DNA of 64,000 nucleotides from Candidatus Multivoradales bacterium (GCA_965223855.1 CBDCXM010000009.1:1888001-1952000); one strand, 5' to 3'; shown: positions 37,247 through 47,550, counted from the stretch's first letter. A program made the numbers and translations. Notes: generated by a model from the sequence alone, not told the origin.

Positions 37247-37410
37247 CACGGCGAGACGCGAGTCTAGCCCGAACGTCCTACGGCCCGGTCGAGCCGACCC
37301 TTCGCGGAGCGCCGGCTTCCACCGAGGGGTACCCGAAGCCTGTGTTACGATCCCGCGTCTAAGCCGTTGGAAGATCGGCACTTGAGCCGAGCGGACGACG
37401 GTCTCAGTGG

Positions 37411-37716
37411 ATGAATCCGATGGCCAAGAAGACCCCGACGACAGCAGAGATCGAGATCTTCGGCGCCGTCTATCCTGTTCGAGGACACAAGGATCCCGAG
37501 CACCTGGAGCATCTGGCGACCCTGGTCGACGAGAAGATGCGCGAGATCGCGCGTCAGGTTCATACCGTCGACACGGGAAAGATCGCGGTGCTCGCGGCGC
37601 TCAATCTGGCGGACGAACTGGTCCAATGCCGCGAGCGGCAGGATGGGGACCGGGGTAACGTTCACGAAACGGTGACCGCTCTGGCCGAGAAACTCGGCAA
37701 GGCAGTTCAGGGTTAG
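37411..37716 (+). CDS. zapA: Cell division protein ZapA
   Basis: IEIFGAVY, VDEKMREI, IAVLAALNLADE; synteny with 6S RNA and rny. Confidence 0.9.
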   Translation: MNPMAKKTPTTAEIEIFGAVYPVRGHKDPEHLEHLATLVDEKMREIARQVHTVDTGKIAVLAALNLADELVQCRERQDGDRGNVHETVTALAEKLGKAVQG

Positions 37717-37763
37717 CTCTTTTTCTACGGGAGCGGTCGCGTGACGAGACTTGATTTGGAACA

Positions 37764-37954
37764 GGCATCCCCTGCGGAGTTCGTGATGAGTCGATGCGTT
37801 TTAGAACCTACCCCAACGTCTAGGGAGCCTCACTTCGGCGCGGCCTGTGCCAGCCCCGCGAGCACGGGGACGCTGATGGCTCGCAGAGAGGGCACCCACC
37901 TGGTACAAGCCAGGTTCTAGACTTGAGACTCACACGGCTCGTGCGGGGGATGCC
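37764..37954 (+). ncRNA. ssrS: 6S RNA
   Basis: About 190-nt rod closed by GGCATCCCC/GGGGATGCC with AGAACCT/AGGTTCT flanking a central bubble; canonical position between zapA and rny. Confidence 0.88.
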
Positions 37955-38006
37955 GGTTTCTTCCTGACCCCGAGACCCACCTGAGGCTTCTTGAGGAGGC
38001 ACGAAG

Positions 38007-39566
38007 GTGGAACCGACAACCTGGATTGCGATTGCGGTCGTTCTGGCGGTCGCGTTGGCGCTGTGGTGGTGGCTGATCCGCCGCAAGGCCCATGCGGCGA
38101 TCGGCGAGGCCGAGCGGCGGGCGGGCGAGATCGTCCGCCAGGCGGAGCGTGACGGCGACGCAAAGATGCGCGAGGCGGAGGTCGCCGCGAAGGAGAAGCT
38201 CCTTCAGGCGCGCGGCGAGTTCGAGAAGGCGTCGCGCAAGCGCCGCTCGGAACTCGAGGCTCAGGAGCAACGGCTCACGCAGCGCGAGGACAAGCTCGAC
38301 CGTCGGCTCGAGGAGACGCGCTCGCGGGAAAAGGCGGTCGAGGGGCGCGAGAAGGCCGCCGGCAAGCTCGAACGCCGGCTCGAAACCAGGGTCGCCGAGC
38401 TCGACGGCGCGATCGCCGAGCAGCGCACCCGCCTCGAGCAGATCGCCGGGCTGACCGCACAGCAGGCGTCCGACGAGCTGCGTCGCTCGATGGAGGAGGA
38501 GGCCCGTCTGGACGCGGCTCACCTCGTCAAGCGGATCGAGGACGAGGCGCGCGAGAAGGCCGACCGCGAAGCGCAGCGCATCATCGGCACGGCGGTCCAG
38601 CGCTCGGCCTCCGACTACATCTCAGAGACCACGGTGTCGGTGGTCCATCTGCCGAGCGACGACATGAAGGGACGGGTCATCGGGCGCGAGGGCCGCAACA
38701 TCCGTGCTCTCGAGCTCGCCACGGGCGTCGATCTGATCGTCGACGACACGCCGGAGGCGGTGATCCTCTCGGGCTTCGACCCGTACCGGCGCGAAATCGC
38801 CCGCGTCAGCCTCGAGCGGCTGGTCAAGGACGGCCGCATTCATCCGGCGCGCATCGAAGAGGTGGTCGAGAAGGTCAAGGCCGACTTCGAGAAGCGGGTC
38901 CGGCAGGAGGGAGAGGCGGCACTGCTCGAGCTCAACATCCCGAGTGTGCACCCGGAGCTGGTCAAGCTGCTCGGTCGGCTGCGCTACCGCACCTCCTACG
39001 GCCAGAACGTGCTCCATCACTCCAAGGAGGTCGCCTTCCTCGCCGCGACCATGGCCGGTGAGCTCAAGGCGAACGTGCCGGTGGCCAAAAGGGCGGGCCT
39101 CTTCCACGACATCGGCAAGGCGGTCGACCGCGAGATGGAGGGGACCCACGTCGAACTGGGGATCGACCTGCTGCGCAAGTACGGCGAGAGCGAGGAGGTC
39201 GTTCACGGGATGGCCTGCCACCACGGCGACTACGATCCCGAGACGGTCGAGGCGGTGCTGGTGACGGCGTCGGACGCGCTCTCGGCGGCGCGCCCCGGCG
39301 CCCGTCGGGAGGTCCTCGAGACCTATGTCAAGCGACTCGAGAAGCTCGAGGAGATCGCGCGTGGCTTCAAGGGGGTGCAGAAGACCTACGCCATCCAGGC
39401 TGGGCGCGAGGTGCGGGTGATCGCCGATTGCAAGCGGGTGAGCGACGAGCAGGCGATCTGGCTGTCGAAGGACATCGCCAAGAAGGTCGAGTCCGAGCTT
39501 ACCTATCCGGGGCAGATCAAGATCACCGTCATCCGCGAGAACCGAGCGGTCGAGTACGCCAAGTGA
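38007..39566 (+). CDS. rny: Ribonuclease Y
   Basis: N-terminal TM, coiled coil, KH (KGRVIGREGRNIR), HD (FHDIGK), SAARPGAR. Confidence 0.97.
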   Translation: MEPTTWIAIAVVLAVALALWWWLIRRKAHAAIGEAERRAGEIVRQAERDGDAKMREAEVAAKEKLLQARGEFEKASRKRRSELEAQEQRLTQREDKLDRRLEETRSREKAVEGREKAAGKLERRLETRVAELDGAIAEQRTRLEQIAGLTAQQASDELRRSMEEEARLDAAHLVKRIEDEAREKADREAQRIIGTAVQRSASDYISETTVSVVHLPSDDMKGRVIGREGRNIRALELATGVDLIVDDTPEAVILSGFDPYRREIARVSLERLVKDGRIHPARIEEVVEKVKADFEKRVRQEGEAALLELNIPSVHPELVKLLGRLRYRTSYGQNVLHHSKEVAFLAATMAGELKANVPVAKRAGLFHDIGKAVDREMEGTHVELGIDLLRKYGESEEVVHGMACHHGDYDPETVEAVLVTASDALSAARPGARREVLETYVKRLEKLEEIARGFKGVQKTYAIQAGREVRVIADCKRVSDEQAIWLSKDIAKKVESELTYPGQIKITVIRENRAVEYAK

Positions 39567-40348
39567 AGCTGCTCTTCGTCGGCGACGTCGTCGGCAAGCC
39601 GGGCCGGCGGGCGCTCGCCACGATCCTCCCGCGGCTCATCGACGAGCACCGGGTCGACTACACGGTAGTCAACGTCGAGAACGCGGCCGGCGGGTTCGGC
39701 GTCACCGTGCCGGTGCTGGCCGAGCTCGATCAGCTGCCGATCGACTGCTACACCAGCGGCAACCACATCTGGGACAAGAAGGACGGCGTCGCCGAACTCG
39801 ACGAGGAGCCCCGCCTGCTGCGCCCCGCCAACTACCCGGAGGGGAGCGCCGGCTCCGGTCTGCACGTCGGGGAGACGGCGGCGGGTATCCGCGTGGCGAC
39901 GATCAACCTCGAGGGGCAGGTCTTCATGAAGCCGCTCGAGTCGCCGTTCCGGGTCGCCGAGCGGCTGCTCGCCGAGCTCGACGACCGGGTGAAGGTGGTG
40001 TTCGTCGACTTCCACTGCGAGGCGACGAGCGAGAAGCAGGCGTTGGGCTTCTTCCTCGACGGCCGGGTCAGCGCTGTCGTCGGGACCCACACGCACGCGC
40101 CGACGGCCGACGAGCGGATCCTCCCCGCAGGCACCGCCTTTCAGACCGACGCCGGGATGACCGGTCCCTACGAGTCGGTCATCGGCATGCGGCACGATAA
40201 GGTCGTGAAGAGATTCCTCACCCACATGCGGGAAGGGTTCGAAGTGGCGAAACGCGACGTCCGCCTCGCGGGCACCCTGATCGACATCGACGAGACCACC
40301 GGCAAGGCTCGCTCCATCGAGAGAGTGCTGGTCCCCTATGAAGGCTGA
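39563..40348 (+). CDS. TIGR00282/YmdB-family metallophosphoesterase
   Basis: GDVVGKPG, NVENAAGG, SGNHIWD, DFHCEATSEK, GTHTH, GMTGP; GTGA overlap with rny. Confidence 0.95.
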   Translation: MKLLFVGDVVGKPGRRALATILPRLIDEHRVDYTVVNVENAAGGFGVTVPVLAELDQLPIDCYTSGNHIWDKKDGVAELDEEPRLLRPANYPEGSAGSGLHVGETAAGIRVATINLEGQVFMKPLESPFRVAERLLAELDDRVKVVFVDFHCEATSEKQALGFFLDGRVSAVVGTHTHAPTADERILPAGTAFQTDAGMTGPYESVIGMRHDKVVKRFLTHMREGFEVAKRDVRLAGTLIDIDETTGKARSIERVLVPYEG

Positions 40349-40396
40349 GCGCAAGGAGGCCGGCGAGGATGAAGGGGTAAGCATGAAGGGGCGAGC

Positions 40397-41275
40397 ATGA
40401 AGACAAGGCGCTCCCTCGCGGAGCTGATCGACCACCCGGACCGGCGCAAGGTGTCGGTCATCATCACCACCTTCAACGAGGAGGTGAACATCGCCGACTG
40501 CATCGAATCGGTGCAGTGGGCCGACGAGGTGCTCGTCGTCGACTCCTTCTCGAGCGACCGGACGGTGGAGATTGCCGGTCAGTATCCGGTGCAGGTGCTG
40601 CAGCGCCAGTACTTCGGCTCGGCGGCGCAGAAGAACTGGTCGATCGACCGCGTCGCCCACGACTGGGTCTTCATTCTCGATGCCGACGAGCGGGTCACCG
40701 AGCCGCTGGCGACCGAGATGCTCGAGCTGCTGCTCGAAGAGCCGAAGGCACTCGGCTACTCGGTGCGCCGGCGCAACATCGTCTTCGATCGCGAGATCAA
40801 GCACTCCGGCTGGTCGACCGACACGGTGATCCGCCTCTTCCATCGCGAGCACGGCCGCTACCCGAACCGCCGTGTGCACGCCGACCTGGACGTTCCGGGG
40901 ACCGTGCCGATCCTCAAGCACGCCCTCCTGCACTACACCTATCGCTCGCTCGGCCAGTACATCGAGAAACTGATGAACTACGCCGAATGGGGCGCCGCGC
41001 AGGCCTTTCGAGAGGGCAGGAAGGCCGGCTTCGTCGAACTCGGCATCCGGCCGCTCTACCGCTTCATCCGCACCTACTTCCTCCAGCTGGGGATCCTCGA
41101 CGGGCTCCACGGCCTGGTCGTCTGCGGCCTCCAGGCCTACGGCACCTTCCTCAAGTACGTGACCCTGTGGGACTACCGGGTGCGCGAGCGGAAGGGCGAG
41201 AAGGTCGATCTGCCCGCCTTCGACGACAGCGCCGAGACGTGGGAGAAGCCGGCGGTCGAGCCGCCGGTGTCGTGA
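40397..41275 (+). CDS. Glycosyltransferase family 2 (KdtX/WaaE-like)
   Basis: SVIITTFNEE, VVDSFSSDRT, ILDADE, RVHA, GILDG. Confidence 0.9.
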   Translation: MKTRRSLAELIDHPDRRKVSVIITTFNEEVNIADCIESVQWADEVLVVDSFSSDRTVEIAGQYPVQVLQRQYFGSAAQKNWSIDRVAHDWVFILDADERVTEPLATEMLELLLEEPKALGYSVRRRNIVFDREIKHSGWSTDTVIRLFHREHGRYPNRRVHADLDVPGTVPILKHALLHYTYRSLGQYIEKLMNYAEWGAAQAFREGRKAGFVELGIRPLYRFIRTYFLQLGILDGLHGLVVCGLQAYGTFLKYVTLWDYRVRERKGEKVDLPAFDDSAETWEKPAVEPPVS

Positions 41276-41310
41276 GGCAGGCCTCTTTCGACCGCACTGC
41301 TGGCTAGCCG

Positions 41311-41952
41311 TTGGACCTCAGGCGAGCAGGGTCGATCTTGGGCCGGGCCGTTCTTCTTGCGCTCTTTTCGGCGCTGTCGGCGCTGCCGATCGAAGCGGCG
41401 GAGCCGGAACGGCCCATCGAGCCCATCGTGCATCTGAACACCGATGAAGTCCTCGAGAGCCTGCCGCCGGAGTTGAGACGGAAGGAAGGGGAGCGACTGG
41501 CGCACCCGGACTTCCTGCGCATCGCCTATGTGACGCTCGATCCTTCCGAGCTCTACGCTATCGAGCAGACGGTCGTCGAGACCCGGCGGCCGGCATCGGC
41601 CCTAGTCCGCTTCACCCTTTTCCCCGACGCCGAGTACACCTACCGCCTGAACCTGAGTTGGGAACAGGACTGGAAGATCGCCAACTGGACGTTCGTCGAC
41701 CCTCACACCGCCACAGCAGCTTGGTTCGTGTGTCCGAGCGTGCGCTACCCGAAGAGCGAGCCGGGCGAGGGCAGGGTGTACCGGACTGAGGCCTGCGGTT
41801 TCAGGGTCATGCCCACGGGCCTGCCTCCGGCCTACAAGGCACGGAGGATCCATGCGGTCGAACACCTCTGGGCCATCGACGAGTACATTCCCCGTGGCAC
41901 TCACGACCAGCTGCTACGTGCGCCGGAGCAGCAAGATGAGCCGGATCGGTAG
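41311..41952 (+). CDS. Hypothetical exported protein
   Basis: Signal-like N-terminus; fills the gap before a convergent gene; start uncertain. Confidence 0.5.
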   Translation: MDLRRAGSILGRAVLLALFSALSALPIEAAEPERPIEPIVHLNTDEVLESLPPELRRKEGERLAHPDFLRIAYVTLDPSELYAIEQTVVETRRPASALVRFTLFPDAEYTYRLNLSWEQDWKIANWTFVDPHTATAAWFVCPSVRYPKSEPGEGRVYRTEACGFRVMPTGLPPAYKARRIHAVEHLWAIDEYIPRGTHDQLLRAPEQQDEPDR

Positions 41953-41974
41953 CTGACGCCTAGGTCGGCCACTC

Positions 41975-43105
41975 TCAGGTCAACGGCGTCGCTGCGGCTC
42001 CGATCGCCGAGTCGAGATCCCGCCACAGGTCCTCCACGTCCTCGACGCCGACGCTCAAGCGCAGGAGAGAAGGCGGAAGGTGCTCCTGTCCCGGCACGGC
42101 CGCGCGGCGCTCGATGGTCGACTCGACCGCACCCAGGCTCGTTGCGTGTCGGACGAGTCGCACGGAGCTGCAAACGGTGTCCGCCAGTCCAGCGCCACCG
42201 TCGAGATCGAACGAGATGACTGCTCCGAAGCCGCGGAGCAGCCGACGGGCGACCTCGTGCGTCGGGTGAGACTCGAGCCCGGGATAGCGAACGGTCGTGA
42301 CCCTGGGGTGCGCCGCGAGCCTCCGGGCGAGAACGCCGGCGCTCTCCTGACTGCGGGCCAGTCTCAGAGAGAGAGTTCTGATTCCGCGAAGCGTCAGGAA
42401 CGTCTCCAGGCTGCCGGGCGTAGCGCCGTTCAGTTCCCGAGCCTTTCTGAGGGCACTCAGTAGGCTCTCGTCTCTGGTGGTCGCGATGCCCGCCAGGAGA
42501 TCGGAGTGTCCTCCCAGGAACTTCGTCGCAGACTGCAGCGAGACGGTGGCGCCGAGGTCGAGAGGCCTTTGGTTCAGTGCGGTGGCGAAGGTGTTGTCCA
42601 CAGCCAGAATGGCGGTCGGCTTGCGTGGTGCCGCGCCGATGCGCTCGAGGTCGGCCACCGCAAGCAACGGGTTCGATGGCGACTCGATCCAGAGAAGGTC
42701 AGCCTGAGCGCTCGCCTCCAACCAGCTCGAGGTGTCTTCGACCGGTAGACGCTCCGCGGTCCATCGGCCGCGAGCTTCGCCGGCGTCGGCGAGACCGCTC
42801 ACCCCCTGATAGCACCCTTCCGACAGCAGGATGGAGGATCCTTCGGGAAGCTGTTCGAAGACCGCTGCCATCGCGGCCATTCCCGAGGCGAAGGCGACCG
42901 AGCTCGCGCGTTCGAGGCCGCCCACTACCTGTTCGAGAGCCTCCCAGGCGGGGGTTCCGTCGTCTCGCGAGTAGGCACGCCCGCCTCCGAGCTCGAAATT
43001 GGACGCGGGGATCGGAGGGACGTTCAACGGAGCGCCGGGTTCTTCGCTTCGACCGGCTGCCACCAGCCAGGAGTCAGCCTTCACCGTCCGATCACGATGC
43101 TCCAT
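41975..43105 (-). CDS. Cys/Met metabolism PLP enzyme (cystathionine gamma-synthase/lyase family)
   Basis: FASGMAA, ESPSNP, VDNTFAT, SATKFLGGHSD, SLGAVES, RLSVGVE. Confidence 0.92.
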   Translation of the reverse strand: MEHRDRTVKADSWLVAAGRSEEPGAPLNVPPIPASNFELGGGRAYSRDDGTPAWEALEQVVGGLERASSVAFASGMAAMAAVFEQLPEGSSILLSEGCYQGVSGLADAGEARGRWTAERLPVEDTSSWLEASAQADLLWIESPSNPLLAVADLERIGAAPRKPTAILAVDNTFATALNQRPLDLGATVSLQSATKFLGGHSDLLAGIATTRDESLLSALRKARELNGATPGSLETFLTLRGIRTLSLRLARSQESAGVLARRLAAHPRVTTVRYPGLESHPTHEVARRLLRGFGAVISFDLDGGAGLADTVCSSVRLVRHATSLGAVESTIERRAAVPGQEHLPPSLLRLSVGVEDVEDLWRDLDSAIGAAATPLT

Positions 43106-43144
43106 CAGCCGAATCCTGTCACGACGGCGGAGCGTCGATGTCGA

Positions 43145-46100
43145 CTACTCCCAGGTCAGTAGCGTCGCCGCGAAGAGCTTGATGCCCGGGCTGTCGGGCA
43201 GGGTGAGGGTCCGGTCGGCGGTCTCGAGGTCGAGTCGGTAGCGGAAGACGTAGCCGTAGTCGTAGACGAGGTCGTCGCCGTTGCGGTCGTGGCGATGGGT
43301 CGACCACCAGGCGACACGGTCCCGCCGGAGGTGGCCGGTACCGGGGCGGGCCCAACGCAGTCCGCGCAGACCGCGCCGCCAGCCGCGGAAGCCGCCGAGG
43401 AAGCCGTCCCAGGCGTCGATCTCGACGCGAAAGGTGCGGTCGCGAATGCCGAGGGCCGCCGAGCGTCGCTCACCGCAGACCGACGCCGCGAGATAGATCG
43501 CATCGGCCGGCTCCTCCCAGGTGAGTGTCTGGCCGGCACAGGAGACGACGTTGTCCTCGTCGGCCGGACCGAACTCGAAGCGGATCGCGCCGGACTGCAC
43601 CGCTCGCGGCCACAGCTCCGCCGGGAAGCTCTCGCCCGAGGGGCCAAACGGGATCGACTCCCCCTGGAGGCTGGTGGCCCGGGTATCCCAGGGGAGCTGG
43701 ACCGGCACCGTCCGCTCACGGATCAGGGGTGCGGGCGGAGGCTCCACCTCGACGCCCAGCGTTGCCAGTTCGAAGGATCCGAGCGCGAGATCGACGCGGC
43801 CGCCGCTGTCGAGCTCTTCGACGGACCGCTCGCGGCCGTCGAGGCGCCGCGCCGCCGCCACCGGAGCCGAGAACGAGAAATTGACCACCGAACGCGCCTT
43901 GCCTCCCGATTCCTGCAGACGCAGCACGATCTCGTCACGGTCTTCGGCCTTCTTGAGCGCGCGTACGACGGCGCCGCGGCCGACGTCGAGGAACGAGCGA
44001 GCGCGGCCGAACTCGCCGTCGTGAGCCCCGGTCGCGAAGGCGCGCGGCGGGTTCGAGAAGCGACGGGCCGCCTCCTCGACCGTCGCGGTGGCGTCCCAGT
44101 CGGCGGTCGAGAAGAGGGCATAGCGCAGCTCGTGGCGGCCGTGGTCCTGGTCTCCCTGGTGGCGGAACTTGCGGGTGACTTTCGGGGACCTCAACAGGCT
44201 GAGTCGTAGCGTCCCCTCGTCCGGCCGGTCCCAGCCGTAGCTGCCGTCGGTCAGCACGGCGGTCGTGCCGCGCTCGTCGGATTGCGCCGCCCAGGATTCG
44301 CCCGGCACTTCGTAGCTGGCGCGCTCGTTGATGCCGCGGTCGATGGTGCCGCAGCCGAGGCCGTAGCGTGCCGTCGGAGAACCTGCCGTCAAGGGGAAGC
44401 GGACCTTGAGCAATTTGCCCTTGGTCCGCCAGTCGATCTCGTGTTCGAAGTCGAGCCGGTCACCGGCCGAGCCGGCGGCGAGAACGATGCGCTGGCGGAA
44501 GGTCGAATCGTGAGCCTTCCAGGTCGATTCGAGGACGGCACGCACGGGACCGCGCTCGACCACCGTCCAGTCGGCGCCCGCTCCCAGCGGCTCGGGGACC
44601 GCATTCACGTCTTCGTAGCGGATCTCCCACGCCGGCCAGCGCGCCGAAAGATCGGGCAGCAGCTCGAGCTGCGCCGGGCCGGACAGCAACTCGCGCCCGG
44701 TAGGTCGGTCGATCACGCTGACCAGTTGCCCGTCGTCGTTCCAGGTGAGGCGGAAGTGCGCGTTGGTGATCGAAGACGGCGCGACGACGAGGTCGGTCGC
44801 CGGCCGGTTGTCCGAGGCGGGTCGCAAGCGCCAGGCCGCCATGCCGAGGGAGGGCAGCGACGGGGCGAAGACGATGCGCAGCCGGTCGGCCGCGCGCTCG
44901 ACCACCTGGACCGGAACGATCTCGTCCTGCGGACCGACGGCTTCGATCTCCATCGGCGCTCCCGGCCAGTGCAGCTCGACCTCGACGAGATCGCGACGCG
45001 GCTTCTCGAGCGGGTTGAACAGGACGAGCGCCCGTCCCTTGCCGGAGGTGTCGAGGTTGCGCGCCAGGGCGCCGAGCGCGTCGGCGGCGACGGTGTCGAA
45101 CGTGTTCTGCGCCAGAAGCTGATCGTTCCAGGTGTAGCGGTAGGCCTCAGGCAGGCTCGTGCCGGTGAGGTCGTCGTGCATCTGGTGCCAGAGGAAGTGC
45201 TCCCACGCGGTGCGGAGCCGCTCTTCCGGATAGTCCATGACCCCGAACCAGTGGGCGACCGTCGCCGCCCGCTCGGCGGTGTCGGCCATCCGCTCGCACC
45301 GCCGGTTCCAGCGCTTGGTGACGGCCTGTGAGGTCCAGCAGCCGGTGCCGTGGGTCGGCAGCAGCAGCTCACCCTGATGGCGCGGCAGGCGCTCGATCTG
45401 CGTCGGGCCGAGGCGGCGGAACATCTCGTCGGAGGCGACCTGCTCGACACCGATCGGCCCCGTTCCCTCGACGCTCTTCTCGATCCACGAGAGCGACTCG
45501 TCGTCGAGGTGGCCCCCGCGGTCGCCGAGTCCGACGTACATGAAGGCGATGCGCAGCCGGCTCGAGGTGAACTGGCGCTCGGTACGCTCGAGCCATCGCT
45601 CGGCCGTACTCAGATCCTCGTGCAGCCCCTCGCCGTACCCTTCCGGCCGGAAGGCGGCGACGACCCCCCGTCCGTCGGGGCCGAGCCATCTGCCGATCTC
45701 GAAGGGGAGCGTCGCGGGAGCGCCCCAATTGCCGAACTTCTGGCCGGAGAAGCCGGTCAGGCCGCAGTGGGCGGCGATCGTCGGCAGGGCATGGCCGTAG
45801 CCGAAGCAGTCGGGCAGGAAGATGTCGTCCGAGGTTGTGCCGAGCGACTGTTCGAAGTAGCGCTGGCCGTAGAGGATGTGCCGCAGCAGCGACTCCGGCG
45901 CGACGCAGTTGACATCCGGAGCGTCGAGCATCGCGCCCGCCGGCCGCCAGTTGCCCCCTTCCACCGCTTCGCGCAACCGGTCGAAGCGCTCGGGGTAGTA
46001 CTCCTCGATCCAGCGGTAGCGGATCGCTCCTTCGAAGGAGAGCACGCGGTCGGGATGGCGCTCGAAGAGCTCCAGGTTGCCATCGACCGTCGCCGGCAGG

Positions 46101-46225
46101 AACTCGGCGATGGTCTGCCGCACCGTCCACCGCCACTGGGTGTCGAGGTGGACGGTGTAGACGAGAAAGAGCGTCGGATGGCGCTCGAGCCCCGGAGGGG
46201 GCGCCTCTCGGGATTCCGGATTCAA
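43145..46225 (-). CDS. Glycoside hydrolase family 38 alpha-mannosidase
   Basis: HLDTQWRW, FLPDCFG, GDRGG, QMHDDLTGTS, LRLSLLRSP, DHGRH. Confidence 0.9.
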   Translation of the reverse strand: MNPESREAPPPGLERHPTLFLVYTVHLDTQWRWTVRQTIAEFLPATVDGNLELFERHPDRVLSFEGAIRYRWIEEYYPERFDRLREAVEGGNWRPAGAMLDAPDVNCVAPESLLRHILYGQRYFEQSLGTTSDDIFLPDCFGYGHALPTIAAHCGLTGFSGQKFGNWGAPATLPFEIGRWLGPDGRGVVAAFRPEGYGEGLHEDLSTAERWLERTERQFTSSRLRIAFMYVGLGDRGGHLDDESLSWIEKSVEGTGPIGVEQVASDEMFRRLGPTQIERLPRHQGELLLPTHGTGCWTSQAVTKRWNRRCERMADTAERAATVAHWFGVMDYPEERLRTAWEHFLWHQMHDDLTGTSLPEAYRYTWNDQLLAQNTFDTVAADALGALARNLDTSGKGRALVLFNPLEKPRRDLVEVELHWPGAPMEIEAVGPQDEIVPVQVVERAADRLRIVFAPSLPSLGMAAWRLRPASDNRPATDLVVAPSSITNAHFRLTWNDDGQLVSVIDRPTGRELLSGPAQLELLPDLSARWPAWEIRYEDVNAVPEPLGAGADWTVVERGPVRAVLESTWKAHDSTFRQRIVLAAGSAGDRLDFEHEIDWRTKGKLLKVRFPLTAGSPTARYGLGCGTIDRGINERASYEVPGESWAAQSDERGTTAVLTDGSYGWDRPDEGTLRLSLLRSPKVTRKFRHQGDQDHGRHELRYALFSTADWDATATVEEAARRFSNPPRAFATGAHDGEFGRARSFLDVGRGAVVRALKKAEDRDEIVLRLQESGGKARSVVNFSFSAPVAAARRLDGRERSVEELDSGGRVDLALGSFELATLGVEVEPPPAPLIRERTVPVQLPWDTRATSLQGESIPFGPSGESFPAELWPRAVQSGAIRFEFGPADEDNVVSCAGQTLTWEEPADAIYLAASVCGERRSAALGIRDRTFRVEIDAWDGFLGGFRGWRRGLRGLRWARPGTGHLRRDRVAWWSTHRHDRNGDDLVYDYGYVFRYRLDLETADRTLTLPDSPGIKLFAATLLTWE

Positions 46226-46343
46226 GGTGGGGGGAGTCTATTGCAAGCGGGCGATGGTGGCGGGAGTCGACCGACCTTCTCGCACGCTCGAGGGTGCCGG
46301 GAGGTCGGGCGGTGCCGGGTGGCCTCGACTAGAATCTGCGCCC

Positions 46344-46856
46344 ATGAGTCGCACAATCCTCGTCGTATCGGTCCTCGTCCTCGGAGTGCTGTGTGCCCCA
46401 GCGACGCGGGCCCAGCAGGCTCCCGCCGTCGCCTTCGGTGCCGGCCTCTTCGATACCGCCGCCTGGTTCGACGACCGCGGGGACTTCGACGCTCTCGAGG
46501 CGGGCGTCGAGTGGAGAGGCGCTTCGACCTCGTTTCTCGGCATCGGCCCGATCGCCGGGGCCACGATCACCGACGACTCGGCCTTCTGGGCATACGTCGG
46601 CGGCCGGCGGCCGTTTCGCGTCGCGACTCGGTGGGAGGTCGCCCTGAGCTTCGGCGCCGCCTACTACGAACAGGGGGACGGCAAGGATCTCGGCCACGAG
46701 CTCGAGTTCAGGAGCGGGATCGAGCTCGGGCGGTCGATGGCGCGCGGCAGGTGGCTCTCGGTCGAGCTCTACCACCTGTCGAACGCCAGCATTTCGGACG
46801 TCAATCCGGGGTCCAATTCGCTGCGCGTGCTGTACTCGTTGCCGCTGGCGCAGTGA
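46344..46856 (+). CDS. Lipid A 3-O-deacylase (PagL-like) outer-membrane beta-barrel
   Basis: Signal peptide, GKDLG..LEFRS, HLSNASI..NPGSN. Confidence 0.8.
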   Translation: MSRTILVVSVLVLGVLCAPATRAQQAPAVAFGAGLFDTAAWFDDRGDFDALEAGVEWRGASTSFLGIGPIAGATITDDSAFWAYVGGRRPFRVATRWEVALSFGAAYYEQGDGKDLGHELEFRSGIELGRSMARGRWLSVELYHLSNASISDVNPGSNSLRVLYSLPLAQ

Positions 46857-46987
46857 CAAGTCGCCGAAAGTTCGGAGCCGGATATGTCAATTCTTTTCAA
46901 TCTGACTGTGGAATTTGTCACACTCCCTGTGCTACGGTCTGCCCTCGCAGAGATTGTTTCCTGTTGATTCTCAGAGAGGGACCTGCA

Positions 46988-47494
46988 ATGAAGACCAAGA
47001 TCGCTCTGACCGTGGCAGCTCTGGCGCTGATGGCAGCGGGAGCCGCGACCGCCCAGGCTTTCACCACCACGATCTACGCCGGTCAGTACATCGAGGCCGG
47101 GACGCTCACCGTCGATTCGGTCCTGCTGCCCGATGGCAGCGGGGAGGTCGTCTTCGTCATCGAGGCGAACGACGACTGGCTCATCGAACTGGTGCACATC
47201 TACATCGGAACGGATCCCGTGCCGACCAACGGTGGCGGACATCCCAATCCGGGTGGGTTCCCGCACCACAGCGACTTCTCGAGCCCCACCGACTACTTCG
47301 TCTTCAGCCTTCCGCTGGAGTCGATCGGCGGCGCGACATGCTACGACCCTGAGACTTTCAACGTAGCCGTCCATCTCGACATGGTCACCGCCGGTGGCGG
47401 ACCGATGGAGACGGCCTGGGCGTTCGGCCCCAACCCTTTCGACAAGGCGTGGGGCTGGTGGTTCGAGTACACCGCCGACTGTGGCCTGCGCTGA
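46988..47494 (+). CDS. Exported hypothetical protein (AGQ...HxYxG...GxPxPGxFP...ETxxA...WG domain), paralog 1
   Basis: MKTKIALTVAALALMAAGAATAQ signal; C-terminal part of track ORF 45350-47494; RBS GAGAGG. Confidence 0.75.
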   Translation: MKTKIALTVAALALMAAGAATAQAFTTTIYAGQYIEAGTLTVDSVLLPDGSGEVVFVIEANDDWLIELVHIYIGTDPVPTNGGGHPNPGGFPHHSDFSSPTDYFVFSLPLESIGGATCYDPETFNVAVHLDMVTAGGGPMETAWAFGPNPFDKAWGWWFEYTADCGLR

Positions 47495-47550
47495 TCGCAT
47501 TGCGACGTGGACCCGGTGATACCCGGGATCCGCGCCTGATCTAGAATGCC

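Noticed and set aside
35165-37267. 700-aa dehalogenase fusion protein
   Set aside because: The N-terminal extension is MITE sequence and the C-terminal extension is antisense fabH
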